Counted from the first letter of the stretch, positions 54,600-64,000 are shown. The stretch: DNA of 64,000 bases from Caldilineaceae bacterium (GCA_020845455.1 JADLFO010000115.1:6235-70234); one strand, 5' to 3'. Numbers and translations are program-made. Notes: a model not told the origin generated them from the sequence alone.

Positions 54600-55655
54600 A
54601 TGGCGCAAGGAACCCTGAGCCTGCCCCACGCCGACCTCGACGCGGCGCGCGCCGTCAAGCAGCAAAGCTATTGGGGCGCGGTTTTTCACAAGATCTACCG
54701 CGACAAGATCACCGTCTTTGCGATCTTGCTCATGGCCTTCATGGTCACCACCGCAGCCGCCGCGCCGTGGATCGCCGGCGCCTTTTTAGGCTTTGACCCG
54801 ACCGACACCAACCTGCGGATGCGCAACAAGCCGCCCACCTGGGCCATGGAATCTTGGGCAACCTTTCAGGAGTTCTCGCGCACCTGCCAGGGCGACAACT
54901 GCAATTGGGGCATATGGGGCGAGATCTTCAGCACGTCGCTGGCGGGCATCCGCCAATGTTTCCAGATGGGGCCGGGGGAGTGTCACTGGATGGGGACCGA
55001 CGACGCCGGGCGCGATGTGCTGACGCGCGGGGTCTATGGCGGGCGCATCTCGCTGCGCATCGGCATCTATGTGGCGACGGTCTCGGTGAGTGTCGGCGTG
55101 CTGATGGGGTTGATCAGCGGCTATTATGCCGCCACCTTTATCGACGACATCGTCAACGCCATCATTATGACCCTGGGCAGTATTCCGCTGCTCTTTTTAC
55201 TCATCATCCTCTCGCGCATCTTCCAGCCGGGGCCGGAGGGGCTGGCCTTTCTGATCGGCATCTTTGGCTGGATGGGGCTGTCGCGGCTGATCCGCGGACA
55301 GATCTTCTCGGTGCGCGAGCGCGAATATATCGTCGCCAGCCGGTCGATGGGCAACTCGGCCTGGCGTATCATGTTCAAGCATGTGCTGCCCAACGTCTCG
55401 TCGATCATCATTGTCTCGGCAGTCTTCAACATCGCCGGCGCGATCATCGCCGAGGCCGGGTTGAGCTATCTGGGCGTGGGGATCGGGCCGCCGCTGCCCA
55501 GTTGGGGCAATATGATGCAGGGGTCGCTGGGCAATTTCACGAACGCGCCCTGGCTGGTGATCACCCCCGGCGTCTTTATCTTTTTGACCACGCTCTCGAT
55601 CTATCTGATCGGCGACGGGCTGCGCGACGCGCTCGACCCGTGGGTGAAGAGTTAG
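54600..55655 (+). CDS. ABC transporter permease (OppC-type) with a 4-Cys periplasmic insertion
   Basis: GTDDAGRDVLTRGVYGG, REYIVASRSMGNSAWRIMFKHVLPNV. The insertion is WAMESWATFQEFSRTCQGDNCNWGIWGEIFSTSLAGIRQCFQMGPGECHW. Confidence 0.9.
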   Translation: MAQGTLSLPHADLDAARAVKQQSYWGAVFHKIYRDKITVFAILLMAFMVTTAAAAPWIAGAFLGFDPTDTNLRMRNKPPTWAMESWATFQEFSRTCQGDNCNWGIWGEIFSTSLAGIRQCFQMGPGECHWMGTDDAGRDVLTRGVYGGRISLRIGIYVATVSVSVGVLMGLISGYYAATFIDDIVNAIIMTLGSIPLLFLLIILSRIFQPGPEGLAFLIGIFGWMGLSRLIRGQIFSVREREYIVASRSMGNSAWRIMFKHVLPNVSSIIIVSAVFNIAGAIIAEAGLSYLGVGIGPPLPSWGNMMQGSLGNFTNAPWLVITPGVFIFLTTLSIYLIGDGLRDALDPWVKS

Positions 55656-55716
55656 CTCGCCTCCAGTGTTTCGCCGGTAAAGCGCCAATGATAAGCCTGT
55701 ATCGTCCTACAATCGT

Positions 55717-55744
55717 GTACGGACACGAACTATCGTGTCCGTGC
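55717..55744. repeat. REP-like palindrome (copy 3)
   Basis: GTACGGACACGA-ACTA-TCGTGTCCGTGC. Its first 26 nt are identical to 27238-27263. Degenerate partial arms lie upstream at 55702-55716. Confidence 0.8.
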
Positions 55745-55836
55745 GGGCCTATTCTCTGCATGTCCCATACTCCATCTGCGAGCCTGGGGCATTGACAATC
55801 GCTTATGAAACATCGTCTGTGACCCGTTCTGACCTG

Positions 55837-57591
55837 ATGGTGACGGCGGCGCTGGCCGTCGTCGTGCTGCTCCTGGCCGCCTTTTACGGCTGGCGTTGGT
55901 GGAACTCACCGCAGGCCGTGGCGCTTGCCACCCCCGTAGCGACGCAGGCGGCATCTCCCCCCACTCCGGTTGCAACTCTCCCTACCGGGCTGGGCGCGGT
56001 CCCGCTGTTGACCCCGCCGCCCTCCGGCGGCGACCTGCGCGAAGCGGTAGCCGCCGATGCGATCGGGCTTAACCCGCTTTTCGCCGGCGACCCCGCCGGC
56101 AGCCGTGTAGCCGATCTGCTCTACCCCCGGCTGGTCGGCCAGGACCCCAGCGGCGGCTTTCCGGTTCCCACCGAACTGGCGCAGCGCTGGGAAGTCTCAC
56201 CCGATGGCCGGGTCTATACTTTTACGCTGCGTTCCGGCGTGGCCTGGAGCGACGGCACGCCCGTGAGCGCGGCGGATGTCAAATTCACCTATGACGCCTT
56301 GGCGGATGCGCGCGTGCAAAGCCCCTTCCGCGACCGCGCCGCGGCCATCGCCGCCATCGATACGCCTGACGCCCATACGGTCGTCGTCACGCTGCGCAGC
56401 CCGTCGTGCAGCGCGCTGTTCAGCCTGCGCCAGCCGCTGCTGCCCAGCCATCGCTATGCGCCCGATTTCTCCGACCTCCAGACCAATCCGCTCAACGCCG
56501 CGCCGTCTGTCAGCGCCGGGCCGTTTCGCTTTGCGGAGCATCGCCCCGGCGAGCGCATCGTCCTGGCGCGCGATGATCAATACTGGAAGGGCGCGCCGCG
56601 GCTGGATCGCTGGGTGCTGCAGGTGATCCCCGACGCCGCCGCACGCCGCCAGGCGGTGGAAAGCGGCACGGTGGACCTGGTGACGCTCGATCCGCCGGAG
56701 ATCGTGCAGTACGGCCTGCCGGCCAGTCCCCAGATCGCGGTCTATGACTACCCCGCCGACGGCTATACCGTCCTGGCGTTCAACCTGGCTGACCCCGCCA
56801 ATCCCCAGCCGGGCCGGGATGCGGCGGGCGCGGCCATCGACCAGCCGCCCCACCCTATCCTGGGCGACGGCGCGGTGCGCCAGGCCATCGCCGAGGCGCT
56901 AGACATCCCCCGTCTGCTCGACGAGGTTTGGCAGGGACAGGGATACCCGCTGAACAGCTATGTGCTGCCGACGGTGGGTTGGGCCGCAGCCGACCTGTCG
57001 AACGTGCTGCATGACCCGGCACGCGCCGGCCGGCGGCTGGAGGAGGCGGGCTGGAGCGACCCTGACGGCGACGGCATTCGCGCCGCGGGCGATAGGCCGC
57101 TGCGCCTCACGCTCCAGACAAACGAGGATAACCCGCTGCGCGTGCAACTGGCCGAACGCATCGCTGCCCAGTTACGCGCTGCCGGATTTCAGATCGACCT
57201 GGCCGTGGGGCCGTTTGAGGAGGTCAGCGCCGCGCTGCTCGACCAGCGCTTTGACCTGGCGGTGATCGGCTGGGAGAATGTGGGCGCGGACCCGGCGCTC
57301 AGCCCCTTCTGGCACAGCCGTGAGGATCGTCCCGGCGCGGGCTTTAACGTCACCAGCTTTCACGATGCCGAGGTGGACGGCCGGCTTGACGCCGCCGATC
57401 AGATGCCCGGCTGCGGGCTGGACGAGCGCGGCGCGCTCTACCGCCAGGTGCAGGAGCAGCTTGCCCAAAGCCACCCCTACATTTTCCTGGCGGGTCACAA
57501 GGCCGCGTGGGTCTATGCCAACCGCTGGCAGGGCATCGCGCCCGGCCCGTGGGGGCTGACCTACAACGTCGAAGCCTGGGCGCTGAAGTGA
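55837..57591 (+). CDS. ABC transporter substrate-binding protein, family 5 (membrane-anchored)
   Basis: Likely start ATG 55837 (MVTAALAVVVLLLAAFYGW); the 5' extension of the track ORF runs through the REP element. LAQRWEVSPDGRVYTFTLRSGVAWSDGTPVSAADV, AGPFRFAEH, PPHPILGDGAVRQAIAEALD, RRLEEAGW. Confidence 0.85.
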   Translation: MVTAALAVVVLLLAAFYGWRWWNSPQAVALATPVATQAASPPTPVATLPTGLGAVPLLTPPPSGGDLREAVAADAIGLNPLFAGDPAGSRVADLLYPRLVGQDPSGGFPVPTELAQRWEVSPDGRVYTFTLRSGVAWSDGTPVSAADVKFTYDALADARVQSPFRDRAAAIAAIDTPDAHTVVVTLRSPSCSALFSLRQPLLPSHRYAPDFSDLQTNPLNAAPSVSAGPFRFAEHRPGERIVLARDDQYWKGAPRLDRWVLQVIPDAAARRQAVESGTVDLVTLDPPEIVQYGLPASPQIAVYDYPADGYTVLAFNLADPANPQPGRDAAGAAIDQPPHPILGDGAVRQAIAEALDIPRLLDEVWQGQGYPLNSYVLPTVGWAAADLSNVLHDPARAGRRLEEAGWSDPDGDGIRAAGDRPLRLTLQTNEDNPLRVQLAERIAAQLRAAGFQIDLAVGPFEEVSAALLDQRFDLAVIGWENVGADPALSPFWHSREDRPGAGFNVTSFHDAEVDGRLDAADQMPGCGLDERGALYRQVQEQLAQSHPYIFLAGHKAAWVYANRWQGIAPGPWGLTYNVEAWALK

Positions 57592-57715
57592 GATGAGCTG
57601 ACCCTCTAGACAAACCATGTGGAATCCTCTAGAATCACACAGAACCCGCAGCCATTTGCTAGAGGAATCATGTGGAACGACGATTTCCATTGACCTAGCC
57701 AAACCGCCAGCCCTG

Positions 57716-57754
57716 CCCAATCGCCACGCGCAAAAATACGCCGTGGCGATTGGG
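57716..57754 (+). terminator. 13-bp perfect hairpin after the last SBP gene
   Basis: CCCAATCGCCACG-N13-CGTGGCGATTGGG. Confidence 0.4.
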
Positions 57755-57830
57755 CGCGCCCACCCCCTCTTGGCCGGACCGCTCTCCATCACACTCGATC
57801 CGGGCCAGGCTTACCCAAGGGGGTCTATGC

Positions 57831-59063
57831 ATGTCTTTCCGCAAACAAGTGGCTGCGCTGCGTACGCGCCCAGGTGTTTTCTACCTGGCGATCTTCAGCC
57901 TTCCTCTCATTGACGAACTCGTCTCCGGTGTGCCGGTGTTGACCACGCCGCTGCTGCGCAGCGAACTGCAGTTGAGCTATGCCCAGGTCGGGCTGCTCTT
58001 CACGGTGGCGGAACTAGCCGGCTTTGTCGTAGACCCGCTCGTCAACACGCTCAGCGACCAATGGCCCAAACGCCGTCTGCTGCTCGGTGGCATTCTCGGA
58101 TTAGCAGCAGGCTTTGCCCTGGCTGCGGCCAGCCCCTCCTTTGGCCTCTTGCTGATCGGGTTGATGATCATTGGCGCCGCCAATGGTGCGGCACTCGGCT
58201 TGGGCCAGGCGCTGTTGATTGACGCGCAGCCTGCCACGTCGCTGCGAACCATGACGCGCTGGACGATGATGGCTGCGCTGGGCGATCTCCTGGCTCCGCT
58301 CCTGGTTGCCACGGCCCTTGCCGTACAGTTCGGCTGGCGCACGCTCTGGTGGGGCAGCGCGCTGATCTGGCTGGCCGCGGCAGCGGTGATCTGGCGGCAG
58401 CGCTTTGCGCCGGCTCACCCTCGTGCCGGCGAGGCTACATACAAGGTAGACTGGCCGGGCCTGCGCGCCAATCTGCTCATGGGCTTGCGTAGCCCGCACT
58501 TGCTGCGCTGGATCTTCTTGGATATCTGTCCGACGATGCTGGACGAACTCTTTCTGGTCTTTGCCGCGCTCTTTCTGACCGACAAGCTAGGAACGACCCC
58601 TGCCGTAGCCAGCCTGTTTCTCATGACGCCAGTCATCGGAGGGCTGGGCGGGCTGGCGCTGCTTCATGTCTTGGGCGCACGCTATGCGCCGATCCGGCTG
58701 CTGCAAGGCTCCGCGCTCGTCACTATGGCGGGCCTGGTTGTCTTCCTGGTCAGCCGTGCCCCTTTGCTCACGCTGTTTGGATTAGGTTTAGCCGGTCTGG
58801 GCGCAGCCTTCTGGTATCCCATTATGGCGGCAGGGGCCTATGACAGCCTACCCGGTCGCTCCGGCACAGTACGTGCGCTGGGTTCGCTGCGCAAGCCGCT
58901 GGAGATCGCGCTGCCCCTGCTCTTGGGTTTGGCCGCCGAACGCTGGGGCATCGCATGGGGCGTGGGCCTCTTGCTGGCAGCGCCGGTCGCAGTGCTGTTG
59001 CTGGCCCCGCGACCGGGACGCGCGCCGGATGCTGAAGTCGCCCGGTTGTCGAGGACAGATTGA
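57831..59063 (+). CDS. MFS transporter
   Basis: ATG 57831 after AAGGGGG. 12 or so hydrophobic helices, ~410 aa, with typical MFS loop patterns (LSDQWPKRRLLLGG). Confidence 0.8.
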   Translation: MSFRKQVAALRTRPGVFYLAIFSLPLIDELVSGVPVLTTPLLRSELQLSYAQVGLLFTVAELAGFVVDPLVNTLSDQWPKRRLLLGGILGLAAGFALAAASPSFGLLLIGLMIIGAANGAALGLGQALLIDAQPATSLRTMTRWTMMAALGDLLAPLLVATALAVQFGWRTLWWGSALIWLAAAAVIWRQRFAPAHPRAGEATYKVDWPGLRANLLMGLRSPHLLRWIFLDICPTMLDELFLVFAALFLTDKLGTTPAVASLFLMTPVIGGLGGLALLHVLGARYAPIRLLQGSALVTMAGLVVFLVSRAPLLTLFGLGLAGLGAAFWYPIMAAGAYDSLPGRSGTVRALGSLRKPLEIALPLLLGLAAERWGIAWGVGLLLAAPVAVLLLAPRPGRAPDAEVARLSRTD

Positions 59064-59072
59064 GCATCGGCG

Positions 59073-60266
59073 TTAATCAAAGAAGTGTTGATCCCCTTCC
59101 GGCAGATACTTGCGCGCCTCCGGCACGTTGAAGGTCAGCCCCAGCCCAGGCCGGTCCCACACGTCGATCATGCTGTCCTTGACGATTGGGTCGGGCAGCC
59201 CGTCGACGATGTCATGCCACCAGGCCGGGTGACCGACCGGGTATTCGAAGGCGATGTAGTTTTGTGGCAGCGTGGCGCAGACCTGCACCAGCGCGGCCAG
59301 CCCGATCAAGCCGTCGCCGGTGCCGTGCGGGGCCATCAGGATGCCGTGCAGGTCGGCATATTCGGCCACCCACTTGAGTTCGGCAATGCCGCCGATGTCG
59401 GCAGGGTCGGGGCCGATGATGTTGACGGCATTGGTCTCGACCAGCTCCTTGAAGTTCTGGCGCAGATAGATCTGCTCGCCGGTGTGGATGGGCGTCGAGG
59501 TGGCGTGGTTTAGCTCGCGATACTGCTCGGCCAGCACATAGGGCACATAGTCGCCGGTCAGCATATCCTCCAGCCACATGATGTGATACGGCTCCAACGC
59601 CTTCGCCAGCCGGACGGCGTCGGGCAGTACCCAGCCGGGGCCGCAGTCGAGCGCCAGCCCCACGCTGTCGCCCAAGACCTCCTTCATGGCCTCCACACAG
59701 GCGATGATGTGCTTCAGCCCTTGCTCGGTGAGCAGCCCGCGCGTGGGATAGCGCGCCTTGTCGGGGTAGCTGTCGCCGTAGAAAAAGTTGGGGACGCGGT
59801 GCGGCATGGGGCTGTGAAAGGCGATGCCCTGTTTGATGATGCGGAAATTCTCCTTGCTATCGCGCATCTTCGCCATGTTCTCGGCATAGTCTTGGGGCGT
59901 ATAGCCGTTCATGGGGAAACGCACCGCGCCGTTATAGACCAGCACCTTGTCGCGCACCTTGCCGCCCAGCAGCTTATAGACGGGCAAGTTGGCGGCCTTG
60001 CCCGCGATGTCCCACAGCGCCATCTCAATCGCGCTGACCGCGCTGCCCCAGGGCTTGAAGCTGCCCAGACGGCGGATGCGCAGCATGACGCGCTCGACGT
60101 TGGTGGGGTCTTCACCCAGGATATACTCTTTGTAGAAATTGACATGGGGGACCAGATAGGGTTTGTACGATTCGGCCTGGCCGAAGCCGTCGATGCCCTC
60201 GTCCGTCACAATGCGCACGACCGGGTTGCTGCCCAGGACGGTGCATTTCAGATCGACAATCTTCAT
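59073..60266 (-). CDS. Enolase-superfamily enzyme (mandelate racemase/muconate lactonizing family; sugar-acid dehydratase-like)
   Basis: MKIVDLKCTVLG...VRIVTDEGIDGFGQ, AIEMALWDIAGKAANLPVYKLLGG, LALDCG, HIMWLEDM, GEQI. Confidence 0.85.
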   Translation of the reverse strand: MKIVDLKCTVLGSNPVVRIVTDEGIDGFGQAESYKPYLVPHVNFYKEYILGEDPTNVERVMLRIRRLGSFKPWGSAVSAIEMALWDIAGKAANLPVYKLLGGKVRDKVLVYNGAVRFPMNGYTPQDYAENMAKMRDSKENFRIIKQGIAFHSPMPHRVPNFFYGDSYPDKARYPTRGLLTEQGLKHIIACVEAMKEVLGDSVGLALDCGPGWVLPDAVRLAKALEPYHIMWLEDMLTGDYVPYVLAEQYRELNHATSTPIHTGEQIYLRQNFKELVETNAVNIIGPDPADIGGIAELKWVAEYADLHGILMAPHGTGDGLIGLAALVQVCATLPQNYIAFEYPVGHPAWWHDIVDGLPDPIVKDSMIDVWDRPGLGLTFNVPEARKYLPEGDQHFFD

Positions 60267-60412
60267 CGCGAACGCTCCTCGCGGGTGGTGGAGTATGGAG
60301 GGAAGAGAAGGCGGCGCGGGTGCATGGCCGCGCCTTGTCTATTATCGCACGCGCGGGCGGTGGGGAGAAGATTCACCGCAGAGCACGCAACGCCCGGTTT
60401 GCCGTTTTGTAC

Positions 60413-60441
60413 AAGACAATCGCCCTTGGCCCCGCTATAAT
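60413..60441 (+). promoter_or_regulatory. Candidate promoter for 60489..61079
   Basis: AAGACA (60413-60418), a 17-nt spacer, then a perfect TATAAT (60436-60441). Confidence 0.45.
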
Positions 60442-60488
60442 CCAAATGTTCTGACCGCAATTCAGGTACTGGACTGGAGGGGAATCCG

Positions 60489-61079
60489 ATGGGCAAGGTG
60501 GTCTTTAATATGAGCATGTCGTTGGATGGGTTTGTCGCCGGGCCAAACGACGAGGTGGACCGGCTCTTTGGCTGGTACTTCAGCGGCGACACCGAATTGA
60601 CCTTTCCCGGCACAGAGATGGTCTTTAAGCTCTCCCGGCCCAGCGCCGACCTGCTGCGCGAAGCAGCCGGCACGATCGGGGCTATCGTGACGGGCCGGCG
60701 AACCTTTGACCTCGCCGGCGCATGGGGCGGTCATCCGCCATTGGGCGTGCCCCATTTCGTCCTCACGCACCGCGCCCCCCAGGAATGGGTCAAGCCGGGT
60801 TCGCCTTTTACCTTTGTTACGGACGGCATCGCCGGCGCCGTCACCCAGGCCAAGCAGATTGCCGGGGAGAAGGATGTCGCCGTCAGCAGCGCGAGCACGC
60901 TGCAGCAGTGCCTCCAGGCGGGGCTGGTCGATGAGCTCGACATTGACCTGGTTCCTATCCTGCTCGGCGCAGGCGTCCGCCTGTTCGACCACCTGGGGAC
61001 AGAGCCGGTGGAGTTGGAACAAACGCGGGTGATCGAAGGACAGGGCGTCACCCATCTCCGGTTCCGCGTGGTCAAATAA
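60489..61079 (+). CDS. Dihydrofolate-reductase-family protein (RibD C-terminal domain type)
   Basis: MGKVVFNMSMSLDGFVAGPND..., GAIVTGRRTFD, VDELDIDLVPILLGAGVRLF. Confidence 0.8.
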   Translation: MGKVVFNMSMSLDGFVAGPNDEVDRLFGWYFSGDTELTFPGTEMVFKLSRPSADLLREAAGTIGAIVTGRRTFDLAGAWGGHPPLGVPHFVLTHRAPQEWVKPGSPFTFVTDGIAGAVTQAKQIAGEKDVAVSSASTLQQCLQAGLVDELDIDLVPILLGAGVRLFDHLGTEPVELEQTRVIEGQGVTHLRFRVVK

Positions 61080-61105
61080 TACTGTTCAGATCAGGAGAAA
61101 CCATC

Positions 61106-61597
61106 ATGAGCGCCGAAACTAAAACACGCGATCTCGTCGTCACCCGTGTCTTTGACGCGCCGGTCGCCCAAGTCTGGAACGCCTGGCGCGACCCCGACCT
61201 GGTGATGCGCTGGTGGGGGCCGGAGGGTTTTACCTCGCCCATGGCGCGGATGGATTTTCGCCAAGGAGGAACCTCGCTGGTCTGCATGAGTTCCCCCCAG
61301 TTTGGCGACCTCTACAGCACATGGCGCTATCTCACCATCGTGCCGATGCAGCGCATCGAGTACATTCACAACTTGGCCGATAAGGACGGCAACACGATTG
61401 ACCCTGTCCAAGCGGGCATGACGGCGGATTTCCCGCAGGATGTGCGCCAGGTGATCGCCTTCCAGCCGCTGGGCGGCGACCGCACCGAAATGACCGTGAC
61501 GGAATATGGCTATCCGTCGGATCAGTGGTATGAACTGTCCAAGCTGGGGTTGGAGCAGTGCCTCGACAAGATGGCCGCGATCTTCGCCGCGGCGTGA
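61106..61597 (+). CDS. SRPBCC-superfamily protein (AHSA1/activator-of-Hsp90-ATPase-like)
   Basis: LVVTRVFDAPVAQVWNAWRDPDLVMRWWGPEGFT. Confidence 0.8.
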   Translation: MSAETKTRDLVVTRVFDAPVAQVWNAWRDPDLVMRWWGPEGFTSPMARMDFRQGGTSLVCMSSPQFGDLYSTWRYLTIVPMQRIEYIHNLADKDGNTIDPVQAGMTADFPQDVRQVIAFQPLGGDRTEMTVTEYGYPSDQWYELSKLGLEQCLDKMAAIFAAA

Positions 61598-61608
61598 GAT
61601 GAATCGTG

Positions 61609-61672
61609 AGGCAGTGTCATTCCGTTCATGTAGTGGGGCACAGCCCCACCGAAGGGAGGAATGACGCTGCCT
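61609..61672. repeat. Nested hairpin element (15-bp outer stem with one G-U, 7-bp inner stem)
   Basis: AGGCAGTGTCATTCC...GTGGGGC-ACA-GCCCCAC...GGAATGACGCTGCCT. Confidence 0.6.
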
Positions 61673-61714
61673 GATCGATCTGTCAAGCTCCGTTATCCTC
61701 TGGCAAAAGCACAA

Positions 61715-61741
61715 GCCCGCTTTGAGCGGGCGTTGTTCTTT
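61715..61741 (+). terminator. Intrinsic terminator-like hairpin plus T-rich tail
   Basis: GCCCGC-TTTGA-GCGGGC followed by GTTGTTCTTT. Confidence 0.45.
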
Positions 61742-61786
61742 AGTCCGGCGGCTTTAGCGCCGGACGAGCAAGCGGACGCGTGCCTG

Positions 61787-62833
61787 CTACGCCTGAATAT
61801 CGGGGTTGGCGGCCAGCACGTCGTCCGCCATGGCCTGGAGGCGGGGCAGAAAGGCCCGCACCTGCTCGCCACGCTGCACCAGATCGCCCGCCGCGGCGAT
61901 GCCCAGCAGGGCGAGCAGGGCGCGATAGCCCGGCGTATGGCGCGCCCGCATTTCCTCAGGCGCGCCCTGGGCAAAGACCTGCCGGCAGCGGCTGTAGGTG
62001 GCGACCATCCAAAAGACGGCTTCACGATGCCAGCCGCTTTGGATCAACTGGCGGCTGCCGCCAATCGCTACGGCGCGGCCCTGTTCGCTCAGGTCGGCGG
62101 CAAAGGGGTAGGACGGTTGGACCACGCGCGCGGCGTCGTCGAAGGCGGCTTCCAGGGTGGGCAACTGCGCTGTCACCTGCTCGCGGCTGAGGTGTTCACA
62201 ACCTAAAAGGTCCAGCAGCGGCGGGTAACAGTCGAGCAGCTCAAAGTCCGCCAGCAGGTCATGCGCCGCCACATAGCGCCGGCGCACCGTGGGGTTGCGC
62301 AGCCCCGCGGCCAGCAGCACATGGGGCGCGCCGCCCGCGGCAAAGAGCCAGGCCATCACCTGGTTCTGGAGCGGCGCGGACGGGTCAATTGAGTCAAGCC
62401 GCTCCACAATACGCTGGGCGGCTTGGGCGCAGCGCCGCTCGACCCAGACACGCCGGGCAAAGCCTTGGCCCACCGCCGCCTGGAGCCGGGTCAGGTGGCC
62501 GGCCGGGTCGGCGATGACGTTGGGGGCGCGAAAACTGCCCGCCAGATGATAGTCGCCCAAGACCTGTTCCGGGGTCTGCACCTGCGTCTGGGGCAAATAG
62601 GTGACTTCTAGCAGCACGCAGTCATAGACGAACTTGCCCAGCTTGTGCGGCGGCAGCGGCCCCTCCACCACCAGCATCACGTCGACGTCGGACGTTTCCG
62701 GCAGCGGCGCATCATCCGGCAGCCAGGTGATCGACCCGGCGAAGTATGCACCCACAAAGCCGGGCGTGCGGCTGCCTTCCTCAATCACCCAACGCCGCGC
62801 CACGGCTTTTGCTTCGCTCACGCGCATTGTCAA
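61787..62833 (-). CDS. Nucleotidyltransferase-fold protein (ANT/aminoglycoside-nucleotidyltransferase-like)
   Basis: N-terminal [29 protein letters not shown] (GS...DxD NTase motif) plus a helical C-terminal domain. 4-nt overlap with the upstream gene. Confidence 0.55.
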   Translation of the reverse strand: MTMRVSEAKAVARRWVIEEGSRTPGFVGAYFAGSITWLPDDAPLPETSDVDVMLVVEGPLPPHKLGKFVYDCVLLEVTYLPQTQVQTPEQVLGDYHLAGSFRAPNVIADPAGHLTRLQAAVGQGFARRVWVERRCAQAAQRIVERLDSIDPSAPLQNQVMAWLFAAGGAPHVLLAAGLRNPTVRRRYVAAHDLLADFELLDCYPPLLDLLGCEHLSREQVTAQLPTLEAAFDDAARVVQPSYPFAADLSEQGRAVAIGGSRQLIQSGWHREAVFWMVATYSRCRQVFAQGAPEEMRARHTPGYRALLALLGIAAAGDLVQRGEQVRAFLPRLQAMADDVLAANPDIQA

Positions 62834-64000
62834 TCCACCGTGCCCCCATCCAGCAGGCCTACCAGCGCATCCGGCGTGGTGACGGGCAGCTTGCAGGCGT
62901 AGTTCTCGCAGACATACGCCGCCGGGCTGCCCTCCACCAGCCCGCGGCCTTCGAGCAGCGGCAGCATACTCTCGGCGTCGGGGGCTTTGAGCGCCAAGAC
63001 GGTGTTGGGCAGATAGCGGCGGCGAACCTCCCCCAGCAGCGCCTGCGTCGCCGCCGCCTCCGGGTCGCCCACAACCGCTACCTCCTGGCTGGGCTGGAGC
63101 AGCGTGTCGAGGTTGCAGAGCATGCGCCCAAAGCCGGTGGGCTGGCGGCCCATCGCCTCTTTGATCGCCAAAAGGATGCGCGCCGCCTCGCGGCGGTAGC
63201 CGTCATTGCCCACCAGCGCCCCCAGCCGCAGCAGCAACTCTGCGGCCAGCGAGTTGCCGCTGGGGATGGCATTGTCGACATAGTTCTTGCGCCGCACCAC
63301 CAGTGTCTCATGGTCGACGCCGGTCTGATAAAAGCCGCCGCCCGCGGCGTCGTGGAACTGGGCAAACATGATCTGCGTCAGGCGGCTGGCATCGCCCAGC
63401 CAGCGCAGGTCAAAGGTCGCCTCATACAGCGCCACCAGCCCGCGGGCAAAGGCGGCGTAGTCCTCCAGATAGCCGTTGAAGCGGGCGCGGCCGTCCTTAT
63501 AGCTGCGGGTGAGCTTGCCGTCAGGTTGGCTCATCTGATCCAACACAAAGCGCGCGGCGGCCTCGGCCGCGGCCAGCGCATCCGCCCGGCCCAAGACCAC
63601 GCCGCATTCGGCCAGGGCGTGGATCATCAGCCCGTTCCATTCGGCCAGGATTTTTTCATCACGATGGGGTTTGACGCGCTCCTCGCGCACGGCGAAGAGG
63701 ATGCGCCGCGCCTCGGCCAGCGCCTGCGCCGCATCGGTCTCGCTCACCCCAAAGCGCTGCGCCACGTTGTCTAGCCCCCGGCTGACATGGAGGATGTTGC
63801 GCCCCTCAAAATTACCCCGGTCGGAGACGCCGTAATAAGTTTCAAAGATGCCCGCCTGCTGCGGCGTCAGATGCTGTTCGATCTCGTCCGGCGTCCAGAC
63901 AAAGAACTTGCCCTCTTCGCCCTCGCTGTCGGCATCCTGCGTGCCGTAGAAACCGCCCTGCGGCGCGGTCATCTCACGCAGCACATAGTCGATCGTCTCG
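62830..64000 (-). CDS. Thioredoxin-domain-containing protein (YyaL/DUF255 type, six-hairpin C-terminal domain); 5' end lies outside the window
   Basis: ...[37 protein letters not shown]..., [20 protein letters not shown]. The reading frame stays open to nt 64000, so the track start (GTG 63984) is internal. Confidence 0.8.
   Translation of the reverse strand, partial: ETIDYVLREMTAPQGGFYGTQDADSEGEEGKFFVWTPDEIEQHLTPQQAGIFETYYGVSDRGNFEGRNILHVSRGLDNVAQRFGVSETDAAQALAEARRILFAVREERVKPHRDEKILAEWNGLMIHALAECGVVLGRADALAAAEAAARFVLDQMSQPDGKLTRSYKDGRARFNGYLEDYAAFARGLVALYEATFDLRWLGDASRLTQIMFAQFHDAAGGGFYQTGVDHETLVVRRKNYVDNAIPSGNSLAAELLLRLGALVGNDGYRREAARILLAIKEAMGRQPTGFGRMLCNLDTLLQPSQEVAVVGDPEAAATQALLGEVRRRYLPNTVLALKAPDAESMLPLLEGRGLVEGSPAAYVCENYACKLPVTTPDALVGLLDGGTVD

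Overview
This is a high-GC, densely coding bacterial chromosomal segment. I recognised no rRNA, tRNA, CRISPR, transposase, integrase or phage genes. The protein repertoire is reminiscent of filamentous Chloroflexota-type genomes: very large ArnT/PMT-like GT-C membrane glycosyltransferases with extra C-terminal modules, a PTPS-related membrane protein, and many family-5 solute-binding proteins. Taxonomy cannot be tested here. The window falls into three blocks. (1) nt 1-12.6 kb holds a co-directional, partly translationally coupled array of GT-C-fold membrane glycosyltransferase paralogs. All end in one or two copies of the same uncharacterised soluble module. The array also contains a truncated, frameshifted sixth member and a convergent GtrB/ArnC-like polyprenyl-phosphate sugar synthase. 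(2) nt 12.6-38 kb is mixed. It encodes a PEP-utilizer-like protein whose phosphohistidine appears replaced, an acidic secreted multi-repeat protein, a Nudix hydrolase, a GT2, a polyprenyl synthase, TatD, phosphohexomutase, and the methylmalonyl-CoA-mutase B12 subunit with MeaB. It also encodes an ATPase-less peptide-type ABC importer, a URO-D-like protein, an acyl-CoA dehydrogenase, ComEA, a CPBP protease and argH. (3) nt 38.4-57.6 kb is one uninterrupted same-strand block of PepT-family (Opp/Dpp-like) ABC importer genes: 4 substrate-binding proteins (SBPs), 3 permease pairs and 2 ATPase pairs. It is followed by an MFS transporter and miscellaneous enzymes. The observations most worth follow-up are these. 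The SBP at 44877..46838 looks circularly permuted relative to its four paralogs in the same window. A 55-codon Cys-rich ORF (9 Cys in the last 24 residues) is missing from the ORF track and sits behind a near-consensus promoter in an otherwise empty ~960-bp gap. The GT-C array carries a repeated C-terminal module. A REP-like palindrome family and strong hairpins follow every SBP gene. There are two gene relics. All functional calls come from motif recognition by eye and none has been checked against a database.
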